Under the pieces are notes generated by a model, which saw only the letters and a program-made list of their open reading frames with translations, ran no database searches and had not been told where the DNA came from. This document shows positions 60,201-64,000 of a stretch of DNA of 64,000 nt, one piece after another. The position numbers and the translations under genes are program-made. This DNA is from Macrostomum lignano. Taxonomy: Eukaryota. Positions within the stretch are counted from its first letter, which is position 1, and every line of letters begins with the position of its first letter. The stretch lies in NCBI GenBank assembly GCA_002269645.1, contig NIVC01000708.1, positions 186,001 through 250,000 on the forward strand, given 5' to 3'.

Positions 60201-61762
60201 CTCAGGTGTGGAGAATGGAGATGGGGCGCCATTTGGAATCTCAGGTGTGGAGATTAGGGCGCCATTTTGGAATCTGAGGCGTGGAGAATGGAGATTGTGG
60301 CGCCATTTTGGAATCTCAGGTGTGGAGATTGGGGCGCCATTTTGGAATCTCAGGTGTGGAGATTGGGGCGCCATTTGGAATCTCAGGTGTGGAGATAGGA
60401 GATTGGGGCGCCATTTGGAATCTCAGGTGTGGAGAATGGAGATTGGGGCGCCATTTGGAATCTCAGGTGTGGAGATTGGAGATTGGGGCGCCATTTGGAA
60501 TCTCAGGTGTGGAGATTGGAGATTGGGGCGCCATTTGGAATCTCAGGTGTGGAGATTGGAGATTGGGGCGCCATTTGGAATCTCAGGTGTGGAGATTGGA
60601 GATTGGGGCGCCATTTGGAATCTCAGGTGTGGAGATTGGAGATTGGGGCGCCATTTGGAATCTCAGGTGTGGAGATTGGAGATTGGGGCGCCATTTTGGA
60701 ATCTGAGGCGTGGAGAATGGAGATTGGGCGCTATTTTGGGATCTGAGGCGTGGAAAATGGAGATTGGGCGCCATTTTGGAATCTGAGGCGTGGAGAATGA
60801 AGATTGGGGCGCCATTTTGGAATCTGAGGCGTGGAGAATGGAGATTGGGGCGCCATTTTGGAATCTGAGGCGTGGAGAATGGAGATTGGGGCGCCATTTT
60901 GGAATCTGAGGCGTGGAGAATGGAGATTGGGGCGCCATTTGGAATCTCAGGTGTGGAGATTGGAGATTGGGGCGCCATTTTGGAATCTGAGGCGTGGAGA
61001 ATGGAGATTGGGGCGCCATTTTGGAATCTGAGGCGTGGAGAATGGAGATTGGGGCGCCATTTTGGAATCTGAGGCGTGGAGAATGGAGATTGGGCGCCAT
61101 TTTGGAATCTAAGGCGTGGAGAATAAAGATTAGGGCGCCATTTTGGAATCTGAGGCGTGGAGAATGGAGATTGGGCGCCATTTTGGAATCTGAGGCGTGG
61201 AGAATGGAGATTGGGCGCCATTTTGGAATCTGAGGCGTGGAGAATAAAGATTAGGGCGCCATTTTGGAATCTGAGGCGTGGAGAATGGAGATTGGGCGCC
61301 ATTTTGGAATCTGAGGCGTGGAGAATGGAGATTGGGGCGCCATTTCGGAATTCTGGGCAAGAAGCCACCTGGGGCGTCATTTTGAATAAGTTTAGAGTTG
61401 GCCAGGATGAGAGGTGGAAGTAAGCGGCAAACAAATAAACAAAAAATAGAATTCATTTCGTTTGGTCCAAAAATAGAACGAATCGGTGACAGTGAAATGT
61501 AAGTTTGGAAAAGCGAAAACTTAATAATAGGTAATCAAATCAGCTTCTAATTTCCCTTATTTTAGTGAAATGGCGATTTTGACAGCGATTTTGCAGATAA
61601 ATTTTATGCGGTGCGGCATAGACTGAGCTCAAAATACAATAGAAAAAAACAGGATAAAAACCTAGAAAGTAGCCAAGTTTATTAAACTCTTACCCGGTGC
61701 GCTCGAATGGCAGCGTTTAGTTGATCCTGCCAGTTGCGCAAATTTGCCGGCATTGGATCCAT
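54232..61762 (-). CDS. PHF21: PHF21A/BHC80-like chromatin protein with degenerate PHD finger. Exons (minus) 61762-61694, 59957-59859, 58974-58891, 58802-58686, 57805-57754, 56950-56595, 56278-55972, 55364-55180, 54279-54232 (last tentative)
   Basis: All introns are GT-AG with matching phases. The N-terminal LRNWQDQLNAAIRAHR|NLVGRTSLSPHDQSLQAKVQSAEKLIVRIYQAQ|KPLLEQYKK parallels the PHF21A N-terminal coiled coil as I recall it. KMNFLALFDLVT...DIVESKAPHRKRR..N parallels the FMVALGLVT...EEIQSKRQERKRR..N block. A Cys cluster CRFCCAACLRV...LCPAC and a C-terminal coiled coil follow. Alignment is from memory, not computed. Confidence 0.72.
54296..55098. repeat. (GTTGGGGCAG)n 10-bp G-rich array, PHF21-like intron 8
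   Basis: Directly visible. Confidence 0.95.
55405..55895. repeat. ~30-bp minisatellite carrying AGCCAATCAG (CCAAT box) in most units, PHF21-like intron 7
   Basis: About 16 CCAAT-containing units counted by eye. Confidence 0.88.
56355..56575. repeat. 27-bp tandem repeat (CCACAAAAGCTACCGATCTATCATCTG), intron 6
   Basis: Directly visible. Confidence 0.92.
56983..57610. repeat. 20-bp tandem repeat (CTCTCTTGCCTCCTGTGTGT), intron 5
   Basis: Directly visible. Confidence 0.96.
58005..58660. repeat. 23-bp tandem repeat (GGTAGTTTTGGAGTAGAAAATCC), intron 4
   Basis: Directly visible. Confidence 0.93.
59020..59720. repeat. 12-bp tandem repeat (AGAGTGGAGAGT), degenerating rightwards, intron 2
   Basis: Directly visible. 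Confidence 0.9.
60030..61345. repeat. ~34-41-bp minisatellite (GGAGATTGGGGCGCCATTTTGGAATCTGAGGCGTGGAGAAT), intron 1
   Basis: Directly visible; period 41 checked near 60781. Confidence 0.93.
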
Positions 61763-63474
61763 CGCAGGCGGCGGACAAAACAAGAGCGGAACTTGGAAGT
61801 TAATAGGCCGTGGGGAAGGATAAAAGCGAAGCTCGCCCGCAAACCCTGTGCTCCAAAGACTCAGTGGCTGTGCTATAGTAGGAAAGTCTGGCCCACTAAT
61901 CAGCAAGCTGTTGGGGGCCCCATCCACTTTTTATGGGACGGGCCAGCGCTTATGGGGAGGGGCTGAGAGCAAGAATAACTCGAATGTAATATGGAAAGCT
62001 TTTCTCCCTGTGAAGTCTTTTAAACTTATTGGACGAATAATACTACTTAAATCGTAGATGCAAACATTAAAAACGTCTTTAAATAGCAGGTTGAACTTTA
62101 ATTTTCTAAATAAAAAAGTTTTCCAACTAGGATCTACTTCGTTTTGGAACAGTAGTATACATGGCGCATTTAGAAACCCATATCATTCTGGGGGGGGGGG
62201 TACGGAAGTAAAAGACTAGAATTCTAGCCCTTCCAGTTCAACCCCGCCTCGCCTCCGCCACCCAAACCCCCAACCTCCTCGCACCCACCCAACCTCCGTT
62301 AGATAGAACTGCCGTCCAATGCGAGCCTCTTGGCTCAGTGCGCTGTGTATGCGTATGACTAACTATATGAACCCAAAAAGCTCAAGCCTTTCTATCCGAA
62401 CCATAGCTTTACTTTACTGCCTGCAAGTCCCGTCGTCTTCTTGCCACCCCAACCTTCTTTGATGCGGCCCAGGCCTATTCTTATTGGCTGGGCCGACTTT
62501 GACACAAGGAGGGTCCCGAGCGAGGGCAACCTGCCCCTCCCCTCACCCCCACCAGATTCGGGCATTAGGATAGCAAGGGCCCCAAGCATGAGCGCCTCAT
62601 GGTTCGCTTTTAATCGTGCTGCGACCAATGAATGTATTATTTCCTCCCCTTAAGCCCAGACTACAATTTGCATGCACCGTACACTGATTAAAGCGCAATT
62701 ACCTTATTTTTAAACGTTTTAAAAAGCGTATCAGATGGCCACATTTAACTAAAAATTAACTGGCAAAATGCTCCACAAACTGTCTTCTTCTTTTTGTTTC
62801 TATGAGTAGCAGAAAACTTATCGATAGAACATTGTTATCTATCCTTGCAGATTCACGTCCCTCGTATCTAAGCTAAGCCATGTCCGTCTCACAATTATTG
62901 GCTTGGTTGGCACAGTCACAGATGATCGCTGCACAACTCTTCCGGATTCTTCAGCAATATCTGCCGATTTCGATCGTCTCTGAGCACTATTTTTCTGCCC
63001 CAATATTCTCTCCCCAATTGCTGCTTTTATCTCCTCTATCCGCTGGTTCGTTTCATATAGATTTATGGAAGATCCTAAATAAACCTATAGCCTTAATTCT
63101 TAGCGCAAGATTTATTAAACCCTTTTATGCTGACCTTTATCACCGCAAAGCCACACCAATATGTGTGGTTTCGGGGTTGTGACTCATCTCTTTTCTGAGG
63201 TAATTTGCTTTTAAAATGATTTTTCAATCAACCAATTCTTCTTGTTCACGAAACCCGACAAAAGCAGTTTAAAAGTTTAAAAATGAAAATAGGCTTGCTT
63301 GATTATTTCAGACTTTGAGAGGGCTGAGCCTTGCATTGGGTTCTGAATTCTGATTCGGTGGTCTGGCTCAGGGGTCGGCAAACTCCCAAGCGAAGTCTAC
63401 TCGTGTATCCGGCCCTTCATGTTCTTTGAAACTTCAAAGTAGCAATCCGGCCCGCTCAAACTCGCTTCTCCCTT

Positions 63475-64000
63475 CTCGTTCCTATCCTCTTATCTCCCTT
63501 CTCTCTCCTCTCTTGTCTGCTCTCGTCTCTCTTGCCTGCTCTCCTCTCTCTTGCCTGCTCTCCTCTCTCTTGCCTGCTCTCCTCTCTCTTGCCTGCTCTC
63601 CTCTCTCTTGCCTGCTCTCCTCTCTCTTGCCTGCTCTCCTCTCTCTTGCCTGCTCTCCTCTCTCTTGCCTGCTCTCCTCTCTCTTGCCTGCTCTCCTCTC
63701 TCTTGCCTGCTCTCCTCTCTCTTGCCTGCTCTCCTCTCTCTTGCCTGCTCTCCTCTCTCTTGCCTGCTCTCCTCTCTCTTGCCTGCTCTCCTCTCTTTTG
63801 CCTGCTCTCCTCTCTCTTGCCTGCTCTACCTCTCTTGTCTCCCCTCCTCTCCCGTCTCTCCCCTCCTCTCCCATCTCTCCCCTCCTCTCCCATCTCTCCT
63901 CTCTCTTCTCTCCCCTCCTCTCCCATCTCTCCTCTCTCTTCTCTTCCCTCCTCTCCCATCTCTCCTCTCTCTTCTCTCCCCTCTTCTCCTCTCTCCTCTC
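63475..64000. repeat. 19-bp pyrimidine-rich repeat (TTGCCTGCTCTCCTCTCTC) grading into a CT-rich tract
   Basis: Directly visible. Confidence 0.93.

Noticed and set aside
53069-61456. Long repeat ORFs (APNTQIS, VESR, CVSLL, GAPFWNL etc.)
   Set aside because: Each coincides exactly with a minisatellite, mostly inside introns of the PHF21-like gene.

Overview
Eukaryotic, repeat-rich animal DNA with GT-AG introns and many minisatellites. The style resembles the flatworm Macrostomum lignano, but that is an inference I cannot confirm. Three host loci can be reconstructed by hand. (1) A tandem cluster of Ig-superfamily type-I membrane receptor genes on the + strand. One complete 10-exon model at 20885-38583 (~586 aa) reads signal peptide, F-type-lectin/discoidin-like domain, two short Ig domains, a membrane-proximal Ig-like domain, a TM helix, and a tail with ITIM-like LAYSPV and ITSM-like TVYLDI. 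A 5'-incomplete paralog at 4755-14275 shares a near-identical Ig exon but has a different Tyr-bearing tail, and a pseudo-exon lies near 18.9 kb. (2) An Iroquois (irx) TALE homeobox gene at 42928-44885. (3) A PHF21/BHC80-like gene on the - strand at 54232-61762 with a degenerate PHD finger. The receptor cluster is heavily invaded by retroelements: a BEL/Pao element with RT/RNase H deleted in frame, an Ngaro (DIRS-order) element inserted in an older Ngaro, and a gag-less Gypsy element with a full-length LOA/R1-group LINE nested in it. The Gypsy landed on a splice acceptor, and its target-site duplication rebuilds that acceptor. Around 20 distinct tandem arrays fill introns and intergenic space. 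No rRNA, tRNA or CRISPR was found. Gene models and alignments were made by eye and need RNA-seq and HMM confirmation.
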